Source: an uncultured Maribacter sp. (lineage in GTDB: Bacteria; Bacteroidota; Bacteroidia; Flavobacteriales; Flavobacteriaceae). From it: DNA of 51,332 bases. Made by a program: the position numbers and the translations under genes. Positions 9,591 through 18,597 of the stretch are shown piece by piece. Below the pieces are notes generated by a model. The model saw only the letters and a program-made list of their open reading frames with translations, was not told the origin of the DNA and searched no databases. The stretch is taken from positions 1 to 51,332 of the forward strand of contig CAZHJO010000001.1 of NCBI GenBank assembly GCA_964532755.1, in the 5' to 3' direction. The stretch's first letter is position 1. Every line of letters starts with the position of its first letter.

Positions 9591-11287
9591 TCTAAAAGCC
9601 ACTCCTTCCCATCGGCTTTGAAAACAGTATCGTCAAGTCGCAAAGTTTGGATCGGCTCTAAACCGGTTACTTGTGAGTTGTTCGAGACATACCCGCCTGA
9701 AAATAAAGTCATCTCATTTGATGCTAAATCAAGGATGTTTCCAGCAGCTTCCGAATAATTTAAAGTAACTGCTTCTTCAGCTAAAATTTCTCTGGATATG
9801 CTGTAAATTCTTGCAGTGCCGGAACCGGAGCTATAAGTAAGGTTGGCAGCGCCATACTCTGCTGTGAGGGATAAACCATTATTGCCCGAACAAACCTCAT
9901 TAAAACTTACTGTCAAAAATGTGCCAGATGTAGATATAAGGGCTGATGTGACCACGGGCGGTGTACTGTCTCCGGTAGAAAAGTCGTGTCCTATTTGAGA
10001 TGGGTTGGTGTCGGATATCCAGGCACCAATCACATTAGACCAGGCCCCACCGCGTCCATCGGTCGGGTAAGAGCTTCGTTTATAATCATCGGCACTCGAA
10101 CCTCCTGGATTATCAAAATTGGGATTCCCCTCTTCTGCGTACGCCTCAAAACCGAAATTACTGTTCCAACCGGATAAGCTATAAGAGCTGCCTCCGTATG
10201 TTCGGAAACCAGTGGGGTTATTATTGTAAAATTGGTTGTAATCTTCATATGCATAATCCCCATTGGATATATCGGCTGATTGTACCACGATAATCCTCTG
10301 ATCCACATTCATGACAATGTTGTTAAATACCTGGACACCGGGGCCTACGGAAATACAGCCAATCGCCCCAAGACCGTCAGCGTTTTCAGAATTGTAAATC
10401 GTGTTGTTGTAAACATCTATTTGAGCGACATTACCGTATCCACCTACATAAATGGCATTGTGAGCTTGAGCATCTAACGATCCGTTTATTTCCAAAAAAA
10501 CATTGTTGTGGATGTCGTGGTAATTAGATGTAGGATAATCCGAATTTGTGTACAATTTAAAATGAATACCATTCTCATCAAATAGATTGTAACGATATGT
10601 ATTATATGAACTATTGCCTTGTTTATCCCAAATCCCAGCGCTGTTGTTGTATAAAGTGCAGTACTCCACTACAGTATAGCTGGCTCGATAAAGCTTGACT
10701 CCACAACTGTTCCAGCCAAGGCCTGAATACCCACGAATGTAACAATTTCGTACAGTGGTGTAGTCCTCAAAGTCAATGCGGACACCATCATGATTATCCA
10801 AGTCAGCCCGATACCTACCAATAACTTCACAGTCTTCAACAAGATTATGGCCTGCACCGCGCATTGCGATTGTACCACTATCCCCAAGATAATTAGCCCC
10901 TTCAGATACAGTGAAACCCTTGTAGTGAATATAACTGTCAGAACCATTTGTACCGATTACAGGGCCTGAAGAAGAACTGATCGTCATGTTGACTGTGGCG
11001 CCTTCAGGGTAAGCTTGAAAGCTGATCATATTACCGGATGATCCAGAGTTTACCGGGTTCCAAGCGGGTTCCCAAAGAGCGCCGGAACCTGCTTTAGAAT
11101 AAGAACCCGCTGTAACTCGAATTATATCACCTGCTACAGCATTTGCCATAGCCGTATCAAGAGAGCATAAAGTACCAGTACTATTACAATTTGCCCAAGA
11201 AGCGGACCCCGAAGGGCCCACATATTTAGTTGCAGCATTAGAAGTAACAGGGAGAACCAGAAGGAGAATCAAATAAATTATATGCAT
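9587..11287 (-). CDS. Secreted right-handed beta-helix protein with C-terminal Ig-like domain
   Basis: Signal peptide MHIIYLILLLVLPVTSNA; ATKYVGPSG, AVAGDII...AGSY, YNNTIYN; DSTPPVV...ILDLASN. Confidence 0.85.
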   Translation of the reverse strand: MHIIYLILLLVLPVTSNAATKYVGPSGSASWANCNSTGTLCSLDTAMANAVAGDIIRVTAGSYSKAGSGALWEPAWNPVNSGSSGNMISFQAYPEGATVNMTISSSSGPVIGTNGSDSYIHYKGFTVSEGANYLGDSGTIAMRGAGHNLVEDCEVIGRYRADLDNHDGVRIDFEDYTTVRNCYIRGYSGLGWNSCGVKLYRASYTVVEYCTLYNNSAGIWDKQGNSSYNTYRYNLFDENGIHFKLYTNSDYPTSNYHDIHNNVFLEINGSLDAQAHNAIYVGGYGNVAQIDVYNNTIYNSENADGLGAIGCISVGPGVQVFNNIVMNVDQRIIVVQSADISNGDYAYEDYNQFYNNNPTGFRTYGGSSYSLSGWNSNFGFEAYAEEGNPNFDNPGGSSADDYKRSSYPTDGRGGAWSNVIGAWISDTNPSQIGHDFSTGDSTPPVVTSALISTSGTFLTVSFNEVCSGNNGLSLTAEYGAANLTYSSGSGTARIYSISREILAEEAVTLNYSEAAGNILDLASNEMTLFSGGYVSNNSQVTGLEPIQTLRLDDTVFKADGKEWLLE

Positions 11288-13374
11288 TAAGGTAACCTGA
11301 ATGTTAAAGAGATTTCGCCGCCCGCAGTGCCGGTTCCAGCAGCATCACAATCAATTCTGAGTCTGTCGCCGGTAGCCACATCATCGTATGTAGTGCTGAT
11401 TACCGCAGGAGAAGCGGCTGTAGAACTGTTGAACTCAGAAGCATCTATTGTAACCAATGTTGAAAACATGTCGTGACCGTTTGTGACATCCCGCATTTGA
11501 AATGTTGGAGTGCCAGAGGAAGAGGCAGTATAAACAGCCCCTTGAGCAGAAACCAAGTTCATTCCGTCAAGTTCTGGTGGTACTGTAAAATAGGCTTTTC
11601 CATCGCCGGTTGTAAGGGTGTCTCCTGGGTCCTCAAACTGTACAATGATTGTTTTTGACCCCAAGGTAGATCCAGCCAAAGCGTCGGGGGTTACTGCAGT
11701 TGTCGTGCTTGTACCCGTATTGATATTAGATGCTGTTGCAGCAGTTACCGTGATTGTGGGGTTTCCCGCGGTACCATCTGAATTCGCGGAAACAGCTAAC
11801 CCGCCACCGTCAATCGATACTGCTTCAGGAGTGCCGGAGTCGTTTACTACAAGGCCATCAACGCTAAGTGTTTCATATTCATCCGGGCAGTTGGCGCAGT
11901 ACCAGGTGTCAGTACGATAAAACCACATTAAAGCAGACCCTACATCACATGTTAGATCTGTTGTTCGATTAGCTGCCTCAAGGCCAGATGCTGTTAAATC
12001 AAATACAGTAGCCGCCCCGCAATAAGTTGCAAGGAATTGGCCATCTACAGGCGTTCCGTCAAAATCTGTGATAGTAGTGGTGTCAATAGTCCTCCAAAAT
12101 GATGCCGTAGAAACATCGGGTGTAGCATCGGCAGCAGTAAAGGCTGTGAAGGTTTGATAAAGAACCGGCACATCCCCACCAGTATCCCCAAGTACTCCAG
12201 TAATATCACCGGCTCCACCTCCACCTGCCTCAATCTCAGTTTCCAATTCTTGTAGGGCAGCTTTAATTGTAGAACTGTCGGGGATAGTCGTACCGGTAAA
12301 GGTACCCAAATTATCCGAGTTTTGAGCAACGCCAGAGAGAGTGATTAGATGATCCACAGACAGCAAAGCAGCCATGTCATCATAGGCAGCTTGGCCGATG
12401 AAGGTTTCACCTACAGTAGATAAAGTCACTGCTGAAGTAGTGCCGCCAGAGATGTTCACAAGACCGTCATAAGCCGATACATTAGCCTCTAACCCACCAT
12501 ACTCATGTTCTATAGTGCCAGCGGAGAAAAAGGCTGTAGCAGAATCGCCAGCGTTCGCGGTTGTGGCAGTATCAGCGGTGGGCCAGTTATTACCGGCATT
12601 GATAAGGAGTTTGTTGGCAGAAGGTTCTGAGAAAACCGAGTTTGTGTCGCCGGTTGTAGCTAATTCGGTGATATCCGTTGATTCGTTTGCGGCATCATCG
12701 GCAAGATCGAGCACAATAGCAGATCCACCGGAACCGGTAACGTCTGCTGCCAAAGAAAAGTTCCCGGAACCGTCTGACTTTAAAACGTAGTCAACACTAT
12801 CGCCAGAAAAGTCGAAAGTTTTGTTGGCACCGCCTACGCGAAAAATGAATTGATCATCGTTATTGTCGAACACCATCTCACCGTTGGTGGATGGTGTTGT
12901 AGGGGTATCCGATGCTTCTGTCCTTAGAAGATCCCCTGGCTCGTAGAATTGGGTTACATCTGATAGCGTTGAATAAAGGGAAGCTTCATCTGTGATGTTC
13001 CCCGCTGCGGGGAACCAAGCTTCGTCTGTAAAATCGCCGTCCATATCAGTGTCGAACTGAACTTCCCAATCCCAAAAGTCATCTTGAGATACAGCATGGG
13101 AAGTGTCTGCATTGAAGTTTCCGGCGGTAACCGCTTCGTCTTGCACTTCGGCAGCGGCACCCGATTCTCCAGCGTATATGGCCGTGGACCCCGAAAAGCT
13201 TAGGGTGCCATTGGGGAATTGTGTTCTAATGGCATACCCGGCCGGGTCACCATCGGCTTCCTGAACAAACATACCCACACCCGGGGGTTCGGCATAAGAA
13301 GGAGCATATGCAATTAAACCAAAGATAAGTGCATATGCGACTGATTTTAAACATAATCTACAGTTTAATTGCAT
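11287..13374 (-). CDS. Tail-fibre-like acidic protein with signal peptide
   Basis: GAGGA RBS then MQLNCRLCLKSVAYALIFGLIAYAPSYA; VLKSDGSGN, AVTPDAL and TGDGK..F.VP..GD.LRID fibre-like segments. Confidence 0.7.
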   Translation of the reverse strand: MQLNCRLCLKSVAYALIFGLIAYAPSYAEPPGVGMFVQEADGDPAGYAIRTQFPNGTLSFSGSTAIYAGESGAAAEVQDEAVTAGNFNADTSHAVSQDDFWDWEVQFDTDMDGDFTDEAWFPAAGNITDEASLYSTLSDVTQFYEPGDLLRTEASDTPTTPSTNGEMVFDNNDDQFIFRVGGANKTFDFSGDSVDYVLKSDGSGNFSLAADVTGSGGSAIVLDLADDAANESTDITELATTGDTNSVFSEPSANKLLINAGNNWPTADTATTANAGDSATAFFSAGTIEHEYGGLEANVSAYDGLVNISGGTTSAVTLSTVGETFIGQAAYDDMAALLSVDHLITLSGVAQNSDNLGTFTGTTIPDSSTIKAALQELETEIEAGGGGAGDITGVLGDTGGDVPVLYQTFTAFTAADATPDVSTASFWRTIDTTTITDFDGTPVDGQFLATYCGAATVFDLTASGLEAANRTTDLTCDVGSALMWFYRTDTWYCANCPDEYETLSVDGLVVNDSGTPEAVSIDGGGLAVSANSDGTAGNPTITVTAATASNINTGTSTTTAVTPDALAGSTLGSKTIIVQFEDPGDTLTTGDGKAYFTVPPELDGMNLVSAQGAVYTASSSGTPTFQMRDVTNGHDMFSTLVTIDASEFNSSTAASPAVISTTYDDVATGDRLRIDCDAAGTGTAGGEISLTFRLP

Positions 13375-13385
13375 GATATTCCTCA

Positions 13386-13823
13386 TTAGTGAGACGGCAT
13401 AAGTCCGTCTTTGGTGACCAAGTACCAATTATCTGATACCTGCATACGCGAGCCCACGGCGGTGTCTATTCTGATAGTAATGGGGTCTAGAGTCGGCTCT
13501 GGTTCCACCCAAGTATAAACTGCTTCGTTAGAGATGGCCGACTCCTGATTTTCGTTGAATGCCGTTGCCACAAAATACATGGTTTCGGTTACGTCTTCAA
13601 AAATAATGGAGCACTCCGTTTCGTTGCAGAGTTGACCCTTCCAACCCCATTTAGACGGAGCCGCCAAGTCATATTCGGCCCCCTCAATATGAGCATAAAC
13701 TCGGTAACCATGGGTTAAAGTGTCCTGATCTCCTACAGGGAGATCCCAAACAAGGCGAACATTAGCTGCGTGAGCAGTAGTGCAGAAGAGTACCAAGATC
13801 AGAAAGATAAACAATTTTTTCAT
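13386..13823 (-). CDS. Secreted fibronectin-III-like domain protein
   Basis: AAGGA RBS; signal peptide MKKLFIFLILVLFCTTAHA; V.L.WD, GYRVY, YFVATAFN..ES..SNE. Confidence 0.8.
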   Translation of the reverse strand: MKKLFIFLILVLFCTTAHAANVRLVWDLPVGDQDTLTHGYRVYAHIEGAEYDLAAPSKWGWKGQLCNETECSIIFEDVTETMYFVATAFNENQESAISNEAVYTWVEPEPTLDPITIRIDTAVGSRMQVSDNWYLVTKDGLMPSH

Positions 13824-13836
13824 ATTTTTTCCTTTA

Positions 13837-14406
13837 TTAATAAGCATCGTAGTCAGCAACCACCAAAGAGGGCCTTCTGGTGGAGGCGCTTGTGTACATG
13901 GTTCCGCACTGAGAAGCCCCGTACCCAAAACGGTTGGTTCCTATATCATCGTAATAATAACGGATAAATCCATTTGTAGGGCAATGGTATTGAATTCTAT
14001 ACGTGGTTCCAGAGGACAGAGATACTGCTGGAGAGAAAGTCACCTCAGTCCAGCCATCTACATCTAAAACTCCAACCGTAGTGCTACATGTGCCTACTTG
14101 GACCCCTGTAGAGGCCACGTAAATAGCAATGTTGATAGTTTCAGTGCCGCCAACCCCATCATTGCCATACAGCCACCCATGGGTGATGTCAATATCGGCT
14201 GTAGGGGTGATATCCATGCCGCGAAAAGAAGCTGCGGAGGTGTTAGAAGAACCTATAGTGGTGTAACCGTAAGTAGTGCCGGGAGGGAGGGAGCCTTTAA
14301 TGCGTGAATAAAAGGCAGATGTGGATAGGAGGATGAACAGGGCGGCTAAGACTAATCCGCAACACCCCCATCGGTGCACGCGCCGTCTTCTGAGATGATG
14401 TACCAT
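13837..14406 (-). CDS. Secreted/membrane-anchored beta-sandwich protein (DUF4082-like)
   Basis: GGAGG RBS before ATG 14406; basic then hydrophobic N-terminus; GWTEVTFSPAVSLSSGTTY. Confidence 0.6.
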   Translation of the reverse strand: MVHHLRRRRVHRWGCCGLVLAALFILLSTSAFYSRIKGSLPPGTTYGYTTIGSSNTSAASFRGMDITPTADIDITHGWLYGNDGVGGTETINIAIYVASTGVQVGTCSTTVGVLDVDGWTEVTFSPAVSLSSGTTYRIQYHCPTNGFIRYYYDDIGTNRFGYGASQCGTMYTSASTRRPSLVVADYDAY

Positions 14407-14924
14407 TTGTTTTCCTCCACACACATTACAGTTACAAGTTGGTTAGCTGCAGTGGCCATGTCCGCTTCATCGTCTGCGTCAAGTTCGGTGCCGTCTTTAA
14501 GCCGGAATAGATCATTCGTGGTATCCCCGACCATAGCAAGCTCTACTTGCTCCGTATCGTCTCTTTTGAGGACAGATACCCACCAGCCGATTAAATCTGT
14601 GTCACAATCAGGAAAACCAACTTCACCGGCGGCTGTCATGAGGACCAGGCCACCAGCGTTGTCGGATTCTGATAGAGAAATGTTAGTTGCAGAACTTTCA
14701 ACCGGGGATATGCCTCCCCCGCCGATGGAAGGGACCGTGAGGACACCATCCGATACGGAAATTCCATTGGGCCATGAAATTTTATATGCGTACTCTTCGT
14801 CAATGGTTTCAGCAGCATTTGAGTTTACAGTCCCTATTCTATCGGCGAAAGATACATCGGAAAACCATAAAGATACGGCAAATACAAGTAGTGCAATGGA
14901 CAGGCTTTTAACGGAAGTATACAT
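14352..14924 (-). CDS. Secreted acidic fibre-associated protein
   Basis: Signal peptide MYTSVKSLSIALLVFAVSLWFSDVSFA; VTVMCVEENKWYII C-terminal segment. Confidence 0.7.
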   Translation of the reverse strand: MYTSVKSLSIALLVFAVSLWFSDVSFADRIGTVNSNAAETIDEEYAYKISWPNGISVSDGVLTVPSIGGGGISPVESSATNISLSESDNAGGLVLMTAAGEVGFPDCDTDLIGWWVSVLKRDDTEQVELAMVGDTTNDLFRLKDGTELDADDEADMATAANQLVTVMCVEENKWYIISEDGACTDGGVAD

Positions 14925-15186
14925 AAAGCAAACCCCCATCAATTACGGAAAGATTGAAACCTGGAAAAGAATGCCCGCCGGAGCCGAAATCAAGCTCTTC
15001 AGTACCGGCAGAACCTCCGGCTAAGGCATCCACATCCCAAATGGTCTCATCGTGTTTGTCAAGAATTGTAAGGTCATCGGCACTGGCAGAGGGCACCCAG
15101 CGGAGTTTTCTAATCCATATCCGATCAGGGGTAGCATCTACCGCAGTGTCTAAAACCCAATGGTTTTGTGCAAATACATTAGCCAT
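14908..15186 (-). CDS. Small beta-rich putative virion protein (paralog A)
   Basis: Aligns end to end with 15194..15484. Confidence 0.7.
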   Translation of the reverse strand: MANVFAQNHWVLDTAVDATPDRIWIRKLRWVPSASADDLTILDKHDETIWDVDALAGGSAGTEELDFGSGGHSFPGFNLSVIDGGLLYVYFR

Positions 15187-15193
15187 ATTTCAC

Positions 15194-15484
15194 CTAACTA
15201 TTTTTAAACCAAATATAGAGTTTGGCACCTGATGTTAGAGTTGAGACTATGATGCCGTCACAAGGCCACCCGGAGGTAGAAGGTTTAAATGTCTCCTTAC
15301 CAATCCGGCCTTCGGCAAAAGCACTGTCAACTTCCCAAATTAACGCGCCGGATGATTCGGTAATCTGAACAGAATCTCCTTCAGCCGCCGGAACAAAATC
15401 AATCATGAGGATGTTGCGCTTGTCAGTTGTCAATGTGCCTGTAGTGTCAATCTGCCAAACACGCGAATTTAATACATTTGCCAT
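15194..15484 (-). CDS. Small beta-rich putative virion protein (paralog B)
   Basis: MANV..W.IDT, VP.A..D...I, IW.VD, LY..F shared with 14908..15186. Confidence 0.7.
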   Translation of the reverse strand: MANVLNSRVWQIDTTGTLTTDKRNILMIDFVPAAEGDSVQITESSGALIWEVDSAFAEGRIGKETFKPSTSGWPCDGIIVSTLTSGAKLYIWFKNS

Positions 15485-15490
15485 TTTGGG

Positions 15491-15622
15491 TTACTTCCTT
15501 CCCATTTTCCCATTACCGGAACCCTTACGGCCGGTAGCCGGACCATTAAGTTTCTTGTTGGTTCGACCGTCTTTGGCACTGTTCCATGAATTTTGTTCTT
15601 TTTTCTTAACTTTACCTTGCAT
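15491..15622 (-). CDS. 43-aa Lys/Gly-rich peptide
   Basis: GGAG RBS; MQGKVKKKEQNSWNSAKDG...GKMGRK; fills the gap. Confidence 0.55.
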   Translation of the reverse strand: MQGKVKKKEQNSWNSAKDGRTNKKLNGPATGRKGSGNGKMGRK

Positions 15623-15631
15623 GGGTAACTC

Positions 15632-16285
15632 CTAACTTAAGTTAATGTTGTGCTTACGTTTGAATTCTTCCATTTTACTTTCGATCAAATGCGGTGGGCA
15701 CCGAGTAGCCCGTAAATATTTAGCGAACTCATCTAATTGATGCTGATCCACCTTACGCTTGTGTTGCTTAGGAGCCACGCGAGAAATAAGGGTTTCTAAA
15801 GAGTCCACCAGGTCAACCGTCGCCGCTGTTGGAAAACCCCTTAATTCCTGCGCCAAGGGCCCCACTTTATCCTGAATAAATAGCCTACCGCTGGATATAA
15901 CAGGCTCTAAGCCGGTTCTAATGCGGTAGTCTTTTTTTACACCCTTGGGCTGGTAAATAGGGACAAAACTTGCTTGTATGAAACGCTTTCTTGCCTCATC
16001 CCGGACCAAGGCACCAAATAAAACCTGCATACCATTAGCTTCAATCCCGAACCGGGTAGGCTGGTACTGCATTTGGAGTTCAAGAATTTTCTCCTGAAAA
16101 TTAGATGCAGATACCCTACCCGCCCAAGATTCTAAAACAAACCATCTATCCAACCAATCACGAGCAGCAATTAAAACCGTTTGCCGGGCGCCACGGGAAC
16201 GAGAAGATTTCTCAGTACCGGCAGCAAGGTCTGCAAATGCGAATTTTTCTAATTGGTTTAGTTTAATGATTTCTTGCTCAAGCAT
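15632..16285 (-). CDS. terL: Terminase large subunit, RNase H-like nuclease domain (separate gene)
   Basis: FADLA acidic motif, FGIEANGMQ, K..RI...LEP, EL..FP...DLVDSL. Confidence 0.85.
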   Translation of the reverse strand: MLEQEIIKLNQLEKFAFADLAAGTEKSSRSRGARQTVLIAARDWLDRWFVLESWAGRVSASNFQEKILELQMQYQPTRFGIEANGMQVLFGALVRDEARKRFIQASFVPIYQPKGVKKDYRIRTGLEPVISSGRLFIQDKVGPLAQELRGFPTAATVDLVDSLETLISRVAPKQHKRKVDQHQLDEFAKYLRATRCPPHLIESKMEEFKRKHNINLS

Positions 16286-16536
16286 TAACGCCCTTCGTCG
16301 TCCTCACCGTCAATTTTATCCAGCATAGCCAAAACTTGGGGCTCTACAATAGCCACAATAGGGGCCACAATCACGCCGAGACCAGCAGAAACTTTGGGGA
16401 TCAAGAGGATCATCAAGGCAAACATAGCTTTTACCACCATTACAGCAGCCTCTTCGCCAACATCCAAACCCTTCTCTTTAAGAGTTTTGGTGATTTCGTC
16501 TTTAATTCCCGGATCTAACTTTTTTACTTTTGCCAT
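16285..16536 (-). CDS. Small membrane protein between terminase halves (holin-like?)
   Basis: AAGGAG RBS; long central hydrophobic segment. Confidence 0.6.
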   Translation of the reverse strand: MAKVKKLDPGIKDEITKTLKEKGLDVGEEAAVMVVKAMFALMILLIPKVSAGLGVIVAPIVAIVEPQVLAMLDKIDGEDDEGR

Positions 16537-16560
16537 GTTGTTACTCCTTTTCAATTGAAT

Positions 16561-17925
16561 TTAAGTCGCACGTAACCGGAGATACTCATGACGATTCACC
16601 AAGGCATCTAATTTGTCGGGGGTTAACAGACGATTAGGCTGCCCCGGGGTGTCATCATGAGTTAACTTCATATTATCACCCGAACCCATGTTTTGCAACA
16701 ATTCGTCAATCTCCGTTTTCTCAAAGATTACAGCATCATTGATTAATTTAAAATCCCTCACATCATCTAAGCTGAAATCTGTCAAAGCAGAGTCAGCCGC
16801 GTTATTGAGGAATAATAGATAAAACATGTCCTTGTATTCCTGCCGCAAAGTATCAATCGATGTTTTTGTGTGTTTCTCCGGCCAGAGAATCTTATTATTT
16901 TTGATGATGGAGTGATATTTGTCAGAAATCACCTCAACACTTGGATCATTGTCTTGGATGTATGAATACAGATCATAAACTGCCCAGCGGGTTCCAATAA
17001 TAAACTCTAAAGACTGAAGACCACTTTCTTTTTCATAAGAATCAAGTAATGCACGTGAAACGATATGCCAATCAATGGCATCATCCATAATTATAGCAGA
17101 TTTTGATGCATCATAGGATATCAAATCATCTTTAATAATCACATTAGGCCGGGAACCGGTTACGGCACCGCCAACACCCTTAGCCCATATGGTTGGATCG
17201 GGGTATTCGGTTGCCCGGGGAAAGATCAAGGCTTTTTGACTCCATTGCTTAGCCTGACGCTTGGGCTCATCCCAGCACTTACTGGGCCAAAGTGCCCTAA
17301 ACAACTGATTATCACTATGAACCGATTCAATAACCCGAAGATTCTTCTCGGCCATGGGTTGAGTTTCCCCTGCCATTAAAATACGGCACTCAGAACCATC
17401 AAGACCTGGGAAATAGATATTGGTGTCTGCTGGTTGGATCAGGATGTGGGGTGGAAGGCCCCCTGCCACAATGGCCGTCTTAGCGTGCTCTCTTGGCATG
17501 AGGGTGAGTTTCCTAAAAGGAGGAACCAATTGCTGAAAATTACAAACATCCTGATGGAAGTGAGGAGTAAGGAATCCCAAATTGAGAACCCCCTTAGCGA
17601 AAAAATAGAGACTCTTCTCCGCAGCCGACCGTAACTTTAAAATAAATTCCCCTTCTTGACTATCAGCCCCTGCCTGCCGAGGAACTCCATTTTTATCTAT
17701 CACGACCTCTTTGCGCAAATATTCAAAGGGCTTATTGCTCCGGCTCTTAGCATAAGCTTCTCTCTTTTTCCTTAAATCCGCGTATTTATCAACAGGTTTT
17801 GGGGGTCTTCCACGTTTAGGAGAGGATGTGGCGGGTACTCGTTGGGCTGGACTTTCCCCGCCACTATGACCAGCTTTGGAGAGTTGAAGGGGGGTTTGCT
17901 GATCGGTTATTTCTAATTTACTCAT
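16561..17925 (-). CDS. terL: Terminase large subunit, ATPase domain
   Basis: MPREHAKT Walker A, GVGGAVTG.RP.VIIKDDL Walker B, IGTRW, LWPE. Confidence 0.9.
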   Translation of the reverse strand: MSKLEITDQQTPLQLSKAGHSGGESPAQRVPATSSPKRGRPPKPVDKYADLRKKREAYAKSRSNKPFEYLRKEVVIDKNGVPRQAGADSQEGEFILKLRSAAEKSLYFFAKGVLNLGFLTPHFHQDVCNFQQLVPPFRKLTLMPREHAKTAIVAGGLPPHILIQPADTNIYFPGLDGSECRILMAGETQPMAEKNLRVIESVHSDNQLFRALWPSKCWDEPKRQAKQWSQKALIFPRATEYPDPTIWAKGVGGAVTGSRPNVIIKDDLISYDASKSAIIMDDAIDWHIVSRALLDSYEKESGLQSLEFIIGTRWAVYDLYSYIQDNDPSVEVISDKYHSIIKNNKILWPEKHTKTSIDTLRQEYKDMFYLLFLNNAADSALTDFSLDDVRDFKLINDAVIFEKTEIDELLQNMGSGDNMKLTHDDTPGQPNRLLTPDKLDALVNRHEYLRLRAT

Positions 17926-17939
17926 ATTTCACCCAATTA

Positions 17940-18497
17940 TCAATCATTTTCCGTTTGATCTTCCAACAACCCAAACAAATCCGATCCAATTTCATCAGCC
18001 GCCGTTTTGAGAGTCTCAATCTGCTGGTATGGAATATTTATTATCAAATTCCCCTTGTCCGAGTCGCTCTTTCTCGCTGGTGCCTGGGGAGCATGGTCAA
18101 AAACCATTTGGACGGCTTTCAACCTATTTGTGGCACTCTCTCCGGTATTATCCCTAATCTCAGTCAACACCCGCAAAGAATCCCTAATCTCATCATTAAA
18201 CAATTCCGGTATAGGTTTACTCTCGTCCCTTTTAACCGCAAGACAGGCTCGTCCATAAACCTCTTTATAATCCGACCTCTCCTTCAAACCATCCACCCAA
18301 GAGACAGGTTGATTAAATAATCCGGCCAGGGCCCCGGGTGTCAGCTTAGGATGTTTTGCCCAATATTCCACACAAGACCTTTCATCGGCAGAAAGAGGCC
18401 TGGAGAAAGCCTTCTTAATAATAAGGTCAGTCGGCTTCATAGCACCGGTCGCTTCAGTTAAATTTGTGTTGATATCAATCGGTGTATCTTGAGACAT
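17940..18497 (-). CDS. Putative terminase small subunit
   Basis: First late gene, upstream of terL; HTH-like segment, RLKA motif, IINI tail; GGAGG RBS. Confidence 0.7.
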   Translation of the reverse strand: MSQDTPIDINTNLTEATGAMKPTDLIIKKAFSRPLSADERSCVEYWAKHPKLTPGALAGLFNQPVSWVDGLKERSDYKEVYGRACLAVKRDESKPIPELFNDEIRDSLRVLTEIRDNTGESATNRLKAVQMVFDHAPQAPARKSDSDKGNLIINIPYQQIETLKTAADEIGSDLFGLLEDQTEND

Positions 18498-18568
18498 GTC
18501 AAAATCCCCTCCTATTTATTCAAAAACCCAAGGGCCAGACCCCAAAAACCTTTCTTAAAACCTACTCC

Positions 18569-18597
18569 AAATTACCCCCTATATCGTGAATAGTCAA
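18569..18597 (-). promoter_or_regulatory. Sigma70-like leftward promoter for the late arm
   Basis: TTGACT-17bp-TAATTT on minus strand, ~70 bp upstream of terS. Confidence 0.55.

Noticed and set aside
758-18320. Plus-strand ORFs in the late arm (e.g. 14374..15024, 1425..1862) and similar antisense ORFs elsewhere
   Set aside because: Shadows of well-supported genes on the opposite strand
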